64,000 nucleotides of DNA from Gammaproteobacteria bacterium (GTDB taxonomy: Bacteria; Pseudomonadota; Gammaproteobacteria; Acidiferrobacterales; SPGG2), in NCBI GenBank assembly GCA_029861845.1, contig JAOTYM010000001.1, forward strand, positions 16,137-80,136. The letters run 5' to 3'. Positions 34,256 to 45,756 of the stretch are shown in pieces. Within the stretch, counting starts at the first letter, position 1, and every line of letters begins with the position of its first letter. Under the pieces are notes generated by a model. It ran no database searches, was not told the origin of the DNA, and saw only the letters and a program-made list of their open reading frames with translations. Position numbers and translations under genes: made by a program.

Positions 34256-35005
34256 TCAGCCCTGCTGTTGTTTTGCCAACTCTTCTGGAAAGTCAGCGTT
34301 GGTGTAGACATTCTGCGCATCGTCCAAATCCTCAAGCGTCTCTAAAAGTCGCAATGTCTTTTCCGCATCTTCATCGGATAGCGGCACGCCGGTGGATGCG
34401 TGTTGGGTCACTTCGGCCACCTCGGGTGCAAACCCGCTGGCCTGCATAGCGTCGCGGATAGCTTCGAAGCTTTGCGGGGTGGTTATGACGTCGTATGTTC
34501 CGTCATCATTGCTGACAACGTCCTCAGCCCCTGCCGATATCGCCGCCTCCATGATGGCTTCCTCGTCGACGTCGGCGGGAAAACTGAGCATGCCTTGTTT
34601 GCTAAATAGATAGGCAACAGAACCATCGGTGCCGAGATTACCACCATGCTTGGTGAAGGCATGGCGCACCTCACCCACGGTACGGTTTCGATTGTCGGTC
34701 GTGCACTCGACAAGTATGGCTACGCCTCCCGGCCCAAAGCCTTCGTACCGCACGTCCTCATAGCTCACGCCATCGACATCGCCAGTGCCGCGTTTGATGG
34801 CGCGCTCGACGTTGTCCTTAGGCATATTCTGCGCCATCGCCTTATCGATGGCGGTTCGCAGTCTCGGATTGGCCGCCGGATCTTCCCCACCAAGACGCGT
34901 GGCAGCAGTGATCTCGCGGATTAATTTGGTGAAAAGCTTGCCGCGCCGGGCATCTTGCGCGCCTTTCCGGAAACGGATATTGGCCCATTTGCTATGGCCG
35001 GCCAT
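34256..35005 (-). CDS. yebC: YebC/PmpR family DNA-binding regulator
   Basis: 249-aa ORF. 'MAGHSKWANIRFRKGAQDARRGKLFTKL'. Confidence 0.95.
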   Translation of the reverse strand: MAGHSKWANIRFRKGAQDARRGKLFTKLIREITAATRLGGEDPAANPRLRTAIDKAMAQNMPKDNVERAIKRGTGDVDGVSYEDVRYEGFGPGGVAILVECTTDNRNRTVGEVRHAFTKHGGNLGTDGSVAYLFSKQGMLSFPADVDEEAIMEAAISAGAEDVVSNDDGTYDVITTPQSFEAIRDAMQASGFAPEVAEVTQHASTGVPLSDEDAEKTLRLLETLEDLDDAQNVYTNADFPEELAKQQQG

Positions 35006-35187
35006 AGATATGCTTGCTATATCGGATATGCCTGAGGCTCCAAAGCGGCCGGCAGCAGTGTACCACTAGCGCCAATTGACTCCCAACCGGGGACAAAACG
35101 GGCTGACAAGCGGCAGTAAGCGGCCAGCCAAAAGGCGCGCTCGGGACATGGCTGGGCCCGCAGCGGGGCTGGGGTCAGTAATTGTCA

Positions 35188-35838
35188 TTAACGGTTCGTT
35201 TGGAAACGCCCATGTTTCAGAAACCAAGACACCTGCTGCGCAACCTGCGACGACACTACCATTGCGGTGTGGGATACATGTAACGTAATGCTGTCGGTGG
35301 CGCCTGGCAACGCCGCCTCCGCCGCCGAGACTACGCCATCATTGGGTCGTGGTAACCGCCGAAACAATCGTCCCATACCGACGCTCAGGTCACCGGCGAT
35401 TATCCCAATATCTCGGTCTACCGGCTGCCAGTGGGCCGGCATGCCCGCCAAAAGCTGTTGTATAGAGCGCCCCGTAATCTTGCGCCCAAGCGCGGTTCGT
35501 ACCAACATCGACGCCGGGTAACTACCGCCGTGGGGCGAGCCCAGCGTTACGATGCGGCCGCCCGGTGGCTGCTCTGGGTGCTGATGAAACAGCGCTCGAA
35601 TGACAATACCGCCAAGGCTGTGTCCGACCAGGTGCACCACCGGGCGCTCCAAGTCGACCAAGAATCGTTGCAAACGCTCCGCGTTTTGCAGGAGATTTTG
35701 GCTAACCGAAGGGTATGAAAACGAAAAGGTTTCGAATCCGTGGCGCGCCAACCGCTGACCTAGCACATACAAACTCCAGCCTGACAGCCACAGGCCGTGA
35801 ACCAGTACTACTGTCTCTTGCCCGGTGCTACGCGCCAA
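35188..35838 (-). CDS. Alpha/beta hydrolase (lipase/esterase-like)
   Basis: 216-aa ORF. 'VVLVHGLW' oxyanion region and nucleophile elbow 'GHSLGG'. Confidence 0.75.
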   Translation of the reverse strand: MARSTGQETVVLVHGLWLSGWSLYVLGQRLARHGFETFSFSYPSVSQNLLQNAERLQRFLVDLERPVVHLVGHSLGGIVIRALFHQHPEQPPGGRIVTLGSPHGGSYPASMLVRTALGRKITGRSIQQLLAGMPAHWQPVDRDIGIIAGDLSVGMGRLFRRLPRPNDGVVSAAEAALPGATDSITLHVSHTAMVVSSQVAQQVSWFLKHGRFQTNR

Positions 35839-36292
35839 GGTTGCACGTTGCCTGAATTAAATCGATTGCCTCCCGGTTAGTCCACGATGTTACGCGTTGC
35901 GACGCCTCAGCAAACGGTAACCAAACAAACTCTGCGTGCTCCACCGGATTCATCGTGATCACCACTTCCTCCGGCAACTCTAGCGAAAACATGTGCTCGA
36001 TGTTTTGTTTTGTTCCTGGCGCATACCGATGCGCCCACTGTGGCAAGATTTGGAATCGGAAAGTCTTCCCCCAGTCACGAAGGTCATCAGTTACTTCAAT
36101 GCTGGTCTCTTCTCTAAGTTCGCGACCTGCGGTGATTTCGGGATCACTTTCATCCCATCTCATACTGCCAGTAACTGACTGCCAGAAATCGGTTTTGTCT
36201 GAGCGCCGCAACAACAATACTTTGCCAGCTCTCGTGTAAACAACGACCAACACCGACTCCGGCCTCTTATACCTAGACATAACTACCGACAA
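35828..36292 (-). CDS. nudB: Dihydroneopterin triphosphate diphosphatase (Nudix)
   Basis: 154-aa ORF. Nudix box 'GRELREETSIEV', 'FWQSVTGS', and the conserved position next to aspS. Confidence 0.8.
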   Translation of the reverse strand: MSVVMSRYKRPESVLVVVYTRAGKVLLLRRSDKTDFWQSVTGSMRWDESDPEITAGRELREETSIEVTDDLRDWGKTFRFQILPQWAHRYAPGTKQNIEHMFSLELPEEVVITMNPVEHAEFVWLPFAEASQRVTSWTNREAIDLIQATCNLGA

Positions 36293-36293
36293 G

Positions 36294-38078
36294 CTATTGT
36301 TTCGCGGGCGTAGACGGTTTGCGCAGTCTTATGTGTAGTTCGCGTAGCTGTCGGTCATCGACCAGGCTTGGCGCCTCGGTCATCAGGTCCGCCGCTTTCT
36401 GTGTCTTTGGAAATGCAATTACCTCACGAATCGACTCAGCACCAGCCATCAGCGCCGCAATGCGATCGAGACCAAAAGCAATGCCACCATGAGGTGGTGC
36501 ACCATACTTCAAAGCCTCCAACAAAAAGCCAAACTTCTCGCGCGCCTCTTGCTCTTCTATGCCAAGCGCCGCAAACACCTTCTGCTGCACATCCAGCCGA
36601 TGGTTACGGATCGAACCACCGCCGATTTCGCTGCCGTTGACAACTAGATCATATGCGCGTGACATCACATTGGCGGGATCAATGTCCACGCGTTCTGCAT
36701 CCACATCTGTCGGCGCCGTGAATGGATGATGACGCGCCATCCAGCGCTTGGCGTCTGGATCATACTCAAACATAGGAAAGTCAACGATCCAGACCGGTTG
36801 CCAACCACCTTCTACGATGCCGGTGTCGGTACCAAGGAGCAGACGCAACGCACCCAGGGCATCGTTGACCACGTCGGCCTGATCAGCGCCAAAGAACAGC
36901 ATGTCACCCGCCTGGGCACCGGTACGTTCTAAGATCACGGCTACCACAGGGTCGGACAGAAACTTGAGAACTGGCGATTGCAGACCATCACGCCCTTTAG
37001 CAGGGTCATTGACCTTTATATAGGCCAACCCCTTGGCGCCGTAATTGCCAACAAAGTTCGTGTAGTCATCGATCTCCTTGCGGGTAAGATCGCCGCCAGC
37101 GGGCAGGCGTAAAACCGCGACCCGACCGCCGCTGCGGTTAGCCGGCTGCGAGAACACTTTGAATTCGACATCCTTCATCTGGTCGCCGACGTCGACTAAT
37201 TCAAGCGGATTGCGTAGATCGGGTCGATCGGTGCCATAGCGGGCACGGGCCTCGGCGTAAGTCAACCGCGGGAAGGGATTGGGCAAATCGACCGCGAGCA
37301 CTGCCTTGAACAGATCACGGATCATCGCCTCCATCAGCGCCATGATATCTTCTTCGCCCATAAAGGATGTCTCTATATCCAACTGGGTGAATTCCGGCTG
37401 GCGATCGGCGCGTAGATCCTCATCGCGGAAGCAGCGTACGATCTGGTAATAGCGTTCGAACCCCGCCACCATCAAGATCTGCTTGAAAATTTGAGGTGAT
37501 TGCGGCAACGCGAAGAAATGACCAGGATAGGTGCGCGCCGGTACCAGATAGTCGCGCGCCCCCTCAGGGGTAGACTTCGTCAACATCGGCGTTTCGATGT
37601 CGACGAAACCATGGTGCTCTAGGAAATCACGCAGAGAAGTCGTCACTCGATGGCGCAGTCGCATGTTTTCCTGCATAACCGGTCGACGCAAATCGAGGTA
37701 CCGATACTTCAATCTCACCGCCTCGCCAACATCTGGTTCGTCGAGTTGAAACGGCAATACATCCGATTGGTTGAGGATTTCTAACTGGGCGCCGACGACC
37801 TCTACCTGACCCGTACCCAGACTCGGGTTTTCGGTTCCCGCCGGACGTTGGCGCACCTGGCCCGTTACGCGCAGTACATACTCGTTGCGAATGCTTTCCG
37901 CCAGCGAGAACACCCGCGATTCCACCGGATCGAAAACGATTTGCACGATACCCTTAGTGTCGCGCAGGTCGATAAAGATCAACCCGCCGTGATCTCGGTA
38001 GCTATTCACCCAACCACACAAGGTAACCTCTTGGTCGATTAAGGATTCATCGACCTGTCCGCAATAATGGCTACGCAT
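36294..38078 (-). CDS. aspS: Aspartate--tRNA ligase
   Basis: 594-aa ORF. 'MRSHYCGQV...' start, and class II motifs '[18 protein letters not shown]' and 'GGIAFGLDR'. Confidence 0.95.
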   Translation of the reverse strand: MRSHYCGQVDESLIDQEVTLCGWVNSYRDHGGLIFIDLRDTKGIVQIVFDPVESRVFSLAESIRNEYVLRVTGQVRQRPAGTENPSLGTGQVEVVGAQLEILNQSDVLPFQLDEPDVGEAVRLKYRYLDLRRPVMQENMRLRHRVTTSLRDFLEHHGFVDIETPMLTKSTPEGARDYLVPARTYPGHFFALPQSPQIFKQILMVAGFERYYQIVRCFRDEDLRADRQPEFTQLDIETSFMGEEDIMALMEAMIRDLFKAVLAVDLPNPFPRLTYAEARARYGTDRPDLRNPLELVDVGDQMKDVEFKVFSQPANRSGGRVAVLRLPAGGDLTRKEIDDYTNFVGNYGAKGLAYIKVNDPAKGRDGLQSPVLKFLSDPVVAVILERTGAQAGDMLFFGADQADVVNDALGALRLLLGTDTGIVEGGWQPVWIVDFPMFEYDPDAKRWMARHHPFTAPTDVDAERVDIDPANVMSRAYDLVVNGSEIGGGSIRNHRLDVQQKVFAALGIEEQEAREKFGFLLEALKYGAPPHGGIAFGLDRIAALMAGAESIREVIAFPKTQKAADLMTEAPSLVDDRQLRELHIRLRKPSTPAKQ

Positions 38079-38125
38079 CGTGTCCTTGTACTATCTCTGG
38101 TTAGACGGCCTAGCGAGGACAGACG

Positions 38126-38767
38126 TCACTTATTCTTTTGCCCACTGGCAACCAACGCATCTTTGCTTTCCTTGGGCACGACCACGCCGGCGGACATGAT
38201 CATTTTAATTCCCTCGTCTATCGTCATATCCAACACGATCACATCATTAGTAGGCACCGCTAAAAAGAAGCCAGAGGTCGGGTTCGGCGTTGTCGGTACG
38301 AATAGATGACTCACCGAACCCCCAACTTTGGCCTCTATCTCGGACGCGCCCTGCTCTCCGGTCAAAAACGCCAGCGTCCATACTCCCTTTCGCGGATACT
38401 CAATCAAGACGACGCTACGGAAAGACCTCCCACCGTTAGAGAACATCGTCTCCGTGACCTGCTTGACGCCCGAATAGATCGAACGCACTAACGGAATCCG
38501 AGCCACCATGCGTTCGCCGAACTGTACGAGCTTTCGACCGACCAAGTTGGCCGCAATCACGCCGGTCACCAAGACCACGACAACCGTCAGCAGTACCCCC
38601 AGCCCGGGAATTCTAAAGCCCAACAAGTTGTCAGGGCGTAGGCCAGGTGGCAATAACAGCAGTGTCCGATCCATCAGGTCGATCAAGAACTTGATCACCA
38701 AGACTGTGAACCCGAGCGGGACCCAGACGAGAAGGCCAGCGATAAGATAACGTCGAATGTGGCCCAT
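38126..38767 (-). CDS. DUF502-family membrane protein
   Basis: 213-aa ORF. Two TM helices, 'IPLVRSIYSGVKQV', and conserved synteny between the zinc-ribbon gene and aspS. Confidence 0.75.
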   Translation of the reverse strand: MGHIRRYLIAGLLVWVPLGFTVLVIKFLIDLMDRTLLLLPPGLRPDNLLGFRIPGLGVLLTVVVVLVTGVIAANLVGRKLVQFGERMVARIPLVRSIYSGVKQVTETMFSNGGRSFRSVVLIEYPRKGVWTLAFLTGEQGASEIEAKVGGSVSHLFVPTTPNPTSGFFLAVPTNDVIVLDMTIDEGIKMIMSAGVVVPKESKDALVASGQKNK

Positions 38768-38772
38768 CGGTA

Positions 38773-39063
38773 TTAATCGTCGCTACTACTAGAACCGCTA
38801 GCCTTTTTCTTGTCTTTGGTTTTTTCTTCCTTCTTAGGCTTGGATTCAGTTTCGGAATCTTCCTTCATTTTGCTCTTACCACCGTCCTTGAAATCAGTCA
38901 CATACCATCCGGTACCTTTAAGTTGGAAACCGGCGGCTGAAACTAGCTTCTTTAGCTCCGATTTGCCGCAGACCGGGCAATCCCTAAGGGCTGGATCACT
39001 GAACTTCTGGATAGCCTCAAGCTCATGGCCACAAGCTTCGCATCGGTATTCATAGATTGGCAT
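38773..39063 (-). CDS. FmdB-family zinc-ribbon protein
   Basis: 'MPIYEYRCEACGHELE...CPVCG'. Start taken at the second Met (39063). Acidic/basic C-terminal tail. Confidence 0.85.
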   Translation of the reverse strand: MPIYEYRCEACGHELEAIQKFSDPALRDCPVCGKSELKKLVSAAGFQLKGTGWYVTDFKDGGKSKMKEDSETESKPKKEEKTKDKKKASGSSSSDD

Positions 39064-39099
39064 TCTTGCTAACTCCGGCAATACACCCCCTCGTCAGAG

Positions 39100-39757
39100 G
39101 GGGGGTCATGCACGCATAAATCAACGGCGCATTATAGCGAGCCCCCCTGGGTAACGCATTATTTCCTAAGCGATGTTTGTCAATCGGATGGATGGAGGCA
39201 ATCCATTCAAATCGATTGCGAAAGTGACTTACCAGTGTATGCGCATACAAATTGGGAACGTGAAAAGCGCTGTGTTTCGATTTGCGCCGACCGGGTTGGT
39301 CAAACAAGTAGTCGAATGCGAGAAGCATGGGGCGGCTACCCGGCCGATGGACATCCAAAGGTAATTAGGGTCAATCCCTGGCCAGGCAGCCCCTGCACCA
39401 GTTCGTGCTGTGCCAGCTGTGGCGGCACTACACCCCGCAAGCAGGCATTCTCGATACCATCATCAGGCCAGTACGTGCACCCAGCCGCGGCGAGCCCAGC
39501 CACGCCCAAGGCTGACAGCAACGAACGCCGATTCCTTCAGACCCCATTGCTGCGAACTTGCTGGCGGCGGACGTCGCGTCCGGTGGGTCGCGCGTATGCA
39601 TATAGCGGGCCAACATATTAAACTTGCCTAACAAGGCGGGTTGGGAGCGGTCAACAAACGAAGATCCGACGGTCGGTTCGCCGGAACAGATGAGCGGGCC
39701 ACTGACCACGCTGCCTTTGTGTTGCCGGCGATAGTGATTCTCACGCACTGTCATCAA
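39100..39757 (-). pseudogene. Frame-disrupted gene debris (Tat-signal-like segment, then a second frame without recognisable family)
   Basis: Three short minus-strand ORFs in different frames read through one another: '...LSALGVAGLAAAGC...' and then 'DVHRPGSRPMLLAFDYLFDQPG...NLYAHTLVSHFRNRFEWIASIHP'. No single intact frame exists. Confidence 0.3.
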
Positions 39758-40096
39758 GCCTAAGGTTTAAAAGAAAAAATCTCGACCGCATTGACGAGTT
39801 TGAGAGATAGTTGATCGGCGCAGCGCCAGATTCCCGAGGCGGCAGTCTTCCCATCATTGCCACCAACCAACCCCAGGGTCAGCCCCGAAAGAGATTGTAA
39901 ATTAATGAATTAATAAAAGTTTAGAATCTTTTTTCTCAACGCACTATGATCCACTCGACTATGCACAGGTTAAAGGGCAGGCAACCCAGTTCCACCTGCG
40001 TGTCGATTTTTTTTTGACCAAACGCTACCCTCGGCGCTGTCTATTGTGCTAAGTTACTGGCGCACAAAATCTCCAACTTCCTCGTAGGAGCGATAA

Positions 40097-40402
40097 ATGC
40101 CAACAAAACCATCGACGAAGTCAGAAATCTACACCTACATTTGTGAACGCAGCAATCTGAAAAAGAAAGACGTGAGTGCGGTATTCGACGCGCTCTCCAA
40201 CATGATCGCGCGGGATTTAAGAAGGGGTGCCGGTGTCTTTAACGTCCCTGGGTTGATGAAGATCAAGGCCGTACACAAGCCTGCTGTCCCGGAACGCAGA
40301 GGCATTAACCCCTTCACTAAGGAAGAGACGACCTTCAAGGCCAAACCAGCGCGCAACGTGGTCAAGGTCCAGCCGCTGAAGGGCTTGAAGGATATGGTCT
40401 GA
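40097..40402 (+). CDS. HU/IHF-family nucleoid-associated DNA-binding protein
   Basis: 101-aa ORF after RBS 'gtaggag'. 'KKDVSAVFDALSNMIARDL' and the beta-arm 'RRGINPFTKEETTFKAKPARNVVKVQPLK'. Confidence 0.8.
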   Translation: MPTKPSTKSEIYTYICERSNLKKKDVSAVFDALSNMIARDLRRGAGVFNVPGLMKIKAVHKPAVPERRGINPFTKEETTFKAKPARNVVKVQPLKGLKDMV

Positions 40403-40546
40403 CGAAGTCTCGTTTCTTTTCTGGTCTTAGCGAGACGAATCTAGCCCAAGGACGGGTAGCACTGTCTGCGCGCCGCGCATCATTTTGAAGTAACGCATAG
40501 GCACAGGTTGCTACCGGTGCCGGTTCGGTTATGGCTCTACGCTGGC

Positions 40547-43500
40547 TCAGGTCCGCGGCGCGGGCGCCGGCGTGGATCCATAACCACCGCCACCCGGCGT
40601 CGCGATCACAAACACGTCACCGGGGTTCATATCGACTTGATCACAGCCCGCCAGCTCAAGCGTACGGCCGTCTGTACGCTCGACGTGGTTGATACCCAGG
40701 GCACCCGACCCGCCGCCGTGAACACCAAATGGCGGGGCAATGCGTCGGTTGGACAGAATCGCGGCAGTCATCGGTGCGAGGAATCTTATGCGCCGGACTG
40801 CGCCGTTACCCCCTCGTCTGTGGCCAGCCCCGCCGCTACCCTGGCGGATGCAGAAACTTTCCACTAGCACCGGGAAACGCCACTCCAATACCTCTGGGTC
40901 GGTAATACGCGCATTGGTCATGTGGGTGTGGACCGCGTCAGTACCGTCAAAATCGGGTCCAGCGCCGGACCCGCCACAGATCGTTTCGTAGTATTGCCAA
41001 CGCGCGCTACCAAACGTGAAGTTGTTCATCGTGCCCTGGGCTGCCGCCATCACCCCTAACGCCCCATATAGCGCGTCGACGATGCACTGTGAGGTCTCGA
41101 CATTACCCGCCACTACCGCGCCTGGGTGTCTGGGTTTGAGCATGCTTCCCTCGGGTATGATGATTTCCAGTGGCTTAAGGCAACCGGCATTCAACGGAAT
41201 ATCGTCCGCTACCAGCGTGCGAAATACATAAAGCACTGCTGCCTTACAGACAGCCGCCGGTGCATTGAAGTTGCTAGGCTGCTGTGGTGAGGTGCCGGTG
41301 AAATCAATGCGCGCCCGACGGGCAGATCGGTCAATGCTGATGGCCACGCGCACAACACTGCCGTCGTCTAGATGATAGGCAAAATCCCCGTCCTTTAGGA
41401 CGTCGAGAACACGGCGCACAGATTCTTCGGCATTGTCTTGTACGTGGCCCATAAACGCGTGCACAGTGTCGAGGCCAAAATGGTCGATCATCTTGCGCAA
41501 GCCTTGCACCCCGGCCTCGTTAGCCGCGATCTGGGCCTTAAGATCGGCAATGTTCTGATCGGGATTGCGTACCGGGTAACGCCCCGACGTGAGAAGTTTT
41601 CTTAACTCGGCTTCGCGCAGCCGACCGCCGTCTACCAGCATGAAGTTGTCTATCAGTACGCCCTCTTCTTCGATATTGACGCTGTTTGGTGGCATTGAGC
41701 CCGGAGTGATTCCACCTACATCAGCATGGTGTCCACGTGCACCCACGTACAGCAAAATGTTCTTACCGGCTTCGTCGAATACAGGCGTGATAACAGTAAC
41801 GTCGGGTAGATGGGTACCACCGTTGTAAGGGGCATTGAGGGCATAGACGTCGCCGGGCTTCATGGTCGCCCCACACTGGCTAATGACACTTTGCACGCTC
41901 TCACCCATTGACCCTAGGTGAACTGGGATATGGGGCGCGTTTGCCACCAGTCCGCCATCAGCATCGAAGATCGCGCAGGAGAAGTCCAGACGCTCCTTCA
42001 TGTTTACTGAATGGCTGGTGTTCTGCAGGATTGTGCCCATCTGCTCTGCAATGGACATGAACAGATTGTTGAATATCTCGAGTCGCACCGGATCGACCTG
42101 GGTACCGACGGCGGTAGTACGTGCTAATGGAGTGACTCGACTTAGAACTATGTGTTTGCGCGCGGTGGGCTCCGCACGCCAGCCAGGTTCTACAACGATG
42201 GTACTGTTGGCTTCGACGATGATGGCCGGCCCCACAACGTAGCTGCCGGGCGCTAACTGATCACGCCTAAGAATCGGTGCTTTACACTGCTTCTCGCCAT
42301 CGTGAGTGGTGTTGGCAGTATACATGTCGACCTGGTCGACGCGCTTGTCAGAGTAACTGGACGCATCATCACTTGCTGATAGGGCAACCAGATCGTCGCG
42401 CACGTCACCGGCCCCGATTATTTCCACCGAGGCGGCTTCAACCACCAGCGCTTTGTCGGGATCTATGAATCCGAAACGTCGCCGGTGAGCGTGCTCGAAA
42501 TGCTTACTGATATCGACCGGCGCGCCATAATCAACGATTAATGCTGTATCCGTACCGTCATAACGCACATGCACTTTGCGCACGCTGGAGACTTCGTGAT
42601 CGGCGAGTCCCTGGTATTCCATCTCTACCCGGCCGTCCGATTCAAGGTCCGCAAATATTTGATCGAGCCGTGGTACAAGGTTATCGGTCAACTTCGCCTC
42701 AACCGCTTGCTCACGCATGACTCGCCTATCAGCCAGGCCCATGCCGTACGCTGACAGCACCCCCGCATAGGGATGTATAAAAACTTTCGATATATCAAGC
42801 GCATCCGCGACCAAGCACGCATGCTGAGGCCCAGCACCACCGAAGCAACAAAGCGCATATTCAGACACGTCATAACCGCGCTGCACCGAAATCTTACGGA
42901 TCGCGTTGGCCATGTTCTCCACCGCAATCTCCAGAAAGCCGTGCGCAACTTGTTCGGGTGTGCGCACATTTCCGGTGGCAGCCTCTATCTCTGCCGCGAG
43001 CGTACTAAACTTGGCGCGCACGACATTCACATCCAAGGGCAGCTTGCCGCTAGGGCCGAAAACTTTGGGAAAGTGGCTAGGTATGATCTTTCCCACCATT
43101 ATGTTGCAATCGGTAACCGTAAGCGGTCCACCTCGCCGGTAACAGGCCGGCCCCGGGTCAGCCCCCGCCGATTCGGGACCGACACGAAAGCGACTACCAT
43201 CGAAACGTATAATCGAACCACCGCCAGCCGCCACCGTATGGATGTACATCATCGGCGCCCGCATGCGGACGCCGGCCACTTCGCTCTCAAACGTGCGCTC
43301 GAATTCGCCGTCATAATGCGATACATCCGTAGAGGTACCGCCCATATCAAATCCGATAATCTTTTCGAAGCCGGCAGCGACGCTAGTGCGGGCTGCGCCC
43401 ACCACGCCAGCGGCGGGGCCAGACAAAATACTGTTCTTGCCTTGGAAAAAACGACTGTCTACCAGGCCGCCGTTCGACTGCATGAATAGTAGCTGTATAC

Positions 43501-44197
43501 CACTGAGCTGTGCGGCTACGGTGTCTATGTAACGTCGGAGTATTGGTGATAGATAGGCATCTACAACCGTCGTATCGCCGCGACCTACTAACTTCATTAG
43601 CGGACTCACCTCGTGGGAAGTCGACACCTGCGTAAAGCCGATCGCCCGTGCCAGCTCGGCCACCCGCTTTTCATGTTGTGGACAGCGATAGCCGTACATG
43701 AACACGATCGCGACCGATCGTATGCCATCGTCAAAAGCTGCCTGTAATTGAGATCGAGCGGCGCCAGTATTTAGTGGCACCAGCTCCTCGCCGTCGGCGC
43801 GATAACGGCCATCTATTTCTATCACACGCTCATAAAGCAGCTCGGGCAAAACGATGTGGCGCGCAAAGATCCGCGGCCGATTCTGATATCCGATCCGCAG
43901 GATGTCGCCAAAACCGCGTGTTACTGCTAGTAGCGTGCGCTCGCCTTTGCGTTCCAATAACGCGTTAGTCGCCACCGTCGTACCCATCTTGACGGAATCG
44001 ATGAGATCGACCGGCATGGGCGCATCAGAAGTAAGGCCGAGCACATCGCAAATGCCTTGTAAGGCAGCGTCGGAGTAATGCTCTGGATTTTCTGACAGCA
44101 ACTTGTGTGTTGCTAGCTCGCCATCGGGTGAGCGTGCGACCACGTCCGTAAATGTGCCGCCGCGATCTATCCAGAATTGCCATGTCCCCTTAGACAT
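40547..44197 (-). CDS. Fused hydantoinase/oxoprolinase (HyuA + HyuB domains in one polypeptide)
   Basis: 1216-aa ORF. The N-terminus '[17 protein letters not shown]' and '[11 protein letters not shown]' belong to the hydantoinase_A/ASKHA fold. The C-terminal half '[26 protein letters not shown]' belongs to hydantoinase_B. Confidence 0.85.
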   Translation of the reverse strand: MSKGTWQFWIDRGGTFTDVVARSPDGELATHKLLSENPEHYSDAALQGICDVLGLTSDAPMPVDLIDSVKMGTTVATNALLERKGERTLLAVTRGFGDILRIGYQNRPRIFARHIVLPELLYERVIEIDGRYRADGEELVPLNTGAARSQLQAAFDDGIRSVAIVFMYGYRCPQHEKRVAELARAIGFTQVSTSHEVSPLMKLVGRGDTTVVDAYLSPILRRYIDTVAAQLSGIQLLFMQSNGGLVDSRFFQGKNSILSGPAAGVVGAARTSVAAGFEKIIGFDMGGTSTDVSHYDGEFERTFESEVAGVRMRAPMMYIHTVAAGGGSIIRFDGSRFRVGPESAGADPGPACYRRGGPLTVTDCNIMVGKIIPSHFPKVFGPSGKLPLDVNVVRAKFSTLAAEIEAATGNVRTPEQVAHGFLEIAVENMANAIRKISVQRGYDVSEYALCCFGGAGPQHACLVADALDISKVFIHPYAGVLSAYGMGLADRRVMREQAVEAKLTDNLVPRLDQIFADLESDGRVEMEYQGLADHEVSSVRKVHVRYDGTDTALIVDYGAPVDISKHFEHAHRRRFGFIDPDKALVVEAASVEIIGAGDVRDDLVALSASDDASSYSDKRVDQVDMYTANTTHDGEKQCKAPILRRDQLAPGSYVVGPAIIVEANSTIVVEPGWRAEPTARKHIVLSRVTPLARTTAVGTQVDPVRLEIFNNLFMSIAEQMGTILQNTSHSVNMKERLDFSCAIFDADGGLVANAPHIPVHLGSMGESVQSVISQCGATMKPGDVYALNAPYNGGTHLPDVTVITPVFDEAGKNILLYVGARGHHADVGGITPGSMPPNSVNIEEEGVLIDNFMLVDGGRLREAELRKLLTSGRYPVRNPDQNIADLKAQIAANEAGVQGLRKMIDHFGLDTVHAFMGHVQDNAEESVRRVLDVLKDGDFAYHLDDGSVVRVAISIDRSARRARIDFTGTSPQQPSNFNAPAAVCKAAVLYVFRTLVADDIPLNAGCLKPLEIIIPEGSMLKPRHPGAVVAGNVETSQCIVDALYGALGVMAAAQGTMNNFTFGSARWQYYETICGGSGAGPDFDGTDAVHTHMTNARITDPEVLEWRFPVLVESFCIRQGSGGAGHRRGGNGAVRRIRFLAPMTAAILSNRRIAPPFGVHGGGSGALGINHVERTDGRTLELAGCDQVDMNPGDVFVIATPGGGGYGSTPAPAPRT

Positions 44198-44238
44198 AGC
44201 GATATGCTAGAAAAAAATAAAAGGTGTTTAACAAGGTA

Positions 44239-44913
44239 CTAGTGTCTACCGGTAAGCGGTACAAACGCCACCGGGAGAACACGTTTTTTGGTGATCGATC
44301 CCGCCTTGTCCTTCTGCACGAGCGTTAAGGTCTGGCCGGAGTACGCAGTACCCACGGGAATCGCCATGCGGCCACCAGGTTTGAGTTGGTCCACAAGTGG
44401 TTTTGGTATGGTGTCGGCCGCGGCTGTAACCATAATGGCGTCGAACGGCGCGTGTTGACTCCAACCATGATAACCATCAGCCACACGAAATTCGATGTTT
44501 TTCCTACCCATGGCACTCAAGCGCTGTCGGGCCTGTTCGCTAAGATCTCCGATCACTTCGACCGTATATACCTGCTTCGCGAGTTCACTCAATATTGCTG
44601 TCTGATAACCACAACCTGTGCCGACTTCCAAGACAATGTCGTCCTTACGCAGCGCCAAAAGGTCGGTCATCAGTGCGACAATGTAAGGTTGAGATATTGT
44701 TTGACCAAAACCGATATTGAGAGGTTGATTGAGGTAGGCCAACGATTCTGTATCTGATGGCACGAACTTGTGGCGTGCAACCGTATTCATGACGGCCATG
44801 ACGCGCGCGTCGAACGATCCCTTGCCAGTGAGACGGCTGGTATACTCAGCCTCAGCCTCGATCTCTTGGACCATGCGTGCCCTTTCTTTTGTGTATGGAT
44901 CCTCTGCAATCAT
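44239..44913 (-). CDS. pcm: Protein-L-isoaspartate O-methyltransferase
   Basis: 224-aa ORF. 'QTISQPYIVALMTDLL' and 'VLEVGTGCGYQTAILSEL'. Confidence 0.9.
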   Translation of the reverse strand: MIAEDPYTKERARMVQEIEAEAEYTSRLTGKGSFDARVMAVMNTVARHKFVPSDTESLAYLNQPLNIGFGQTISQPYIVALMTDLLALRKDDIVLEVGTGCGYQTAILSELAKQVYTVEVIGDLSEQARQRLSAMGRKNIEFRVADGYHGWSQHAPFDAIMVTAAADTIPKPLVDQLKPGGRMAIPVGTAYSGQTLTLVQKDKAGSITKKRVLPVAFVPLTGRH

Positions 44914-44949
44914 GGGTAGTGAAGATTAACGATTACGGTACCCAAACAA

Positions 44950-45750
44950 TCAACTTGTCTCCCTGATACGCTCTAGACGCAGACGTTCGCGCTCGTCAAA
45001 GAGACGCCGTGCTGCCACTGAAACGGCTGCGACAGTACCGAACCCCGTACCACCAGCGATCATGAACATAATAAGGATCTGATATTTTACGGCTTCTAAT
45101 GGTGGCGTGCCGGCTAGGATCTGGCCGGTCATCATGCCTGGAAGACTTACTATACCTGCTACCGCCATCGCGTTAATGGTTGGGATCATGCCACTGCGCA
45201 TACTATCATTGCGTATATCCTCGATGACCTGCTTCCAGGTGTGGCCCAACATCAATCGGTTTTCAATCAATCCGCGTTGTTGCTGTGTTGTTCGTGTCAA
45301 TCGGTCCAGTGCGAGCGCGACTCCGGTCATAGTATTGCCGAGCATCATGCCTAATAGCGGAATGGCGTATCGCGGCGCATACCACGGCTCGGTATCGATA
45401 ATAACCACTAACACCAAGATAGTAATGGCGAAGGTCGATACAAACATGGACAGACTACCGACCCCGAATCCCCACCAGCCTACCAACCGCTGTCGTTGTC
45501 GGGCCATCGCCTCCCAACCCGCCACCAACAACATGATCATCGCAATCAACGTGATCAAGCCTAGATTTACGTTATCAAACAAAGCCTTAAGAACCAACCC
45601 GACTAACAACAACTGCACCACCGTGCGCGCACCGGCAACCACAAGCTGCCTACCAATAGCAAGGCCCATCGGCAAAGACAACGCCGCTAGCGCCAGCACT
45701 AGTCCGGCTGCCAGCGCCAAATCCGTAGGTGTTAATGAAACGACGTTCAT
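44950..45750 (-). CDS. ABC transporter permease, FetB/YbbM (UPF0014) family
   Basis: 266-aa polytopic ORF immediately downstream of a YbbL-like ATPase. Confidence 0.7.
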   Translation of the reverse strand: MNVVSLTPTDLALAAGLVLALAALSLPMGLAIGRQLVVAGARTVVQLLLVGLVLKALFDNVNLGLITLIAMIMLLVAGWEAMARQRQRLVGWWGFGVGSLSMFVSTFAITILVLVVIIDTEPWYAPRYAIPLLGMMLGNTMTGVALALDRLTRTTQQQRGLIENRLMLGHTWKQVIEDIRNDSMRSGMIPTINAMAVAGIVSLPGMMTGQILAGTPPLEAVKYQILIMFMIAGGTGFGTVAAVSVAARRLFDERERLRLERIRETS

Positions 45751-45756
45751 ATCATG

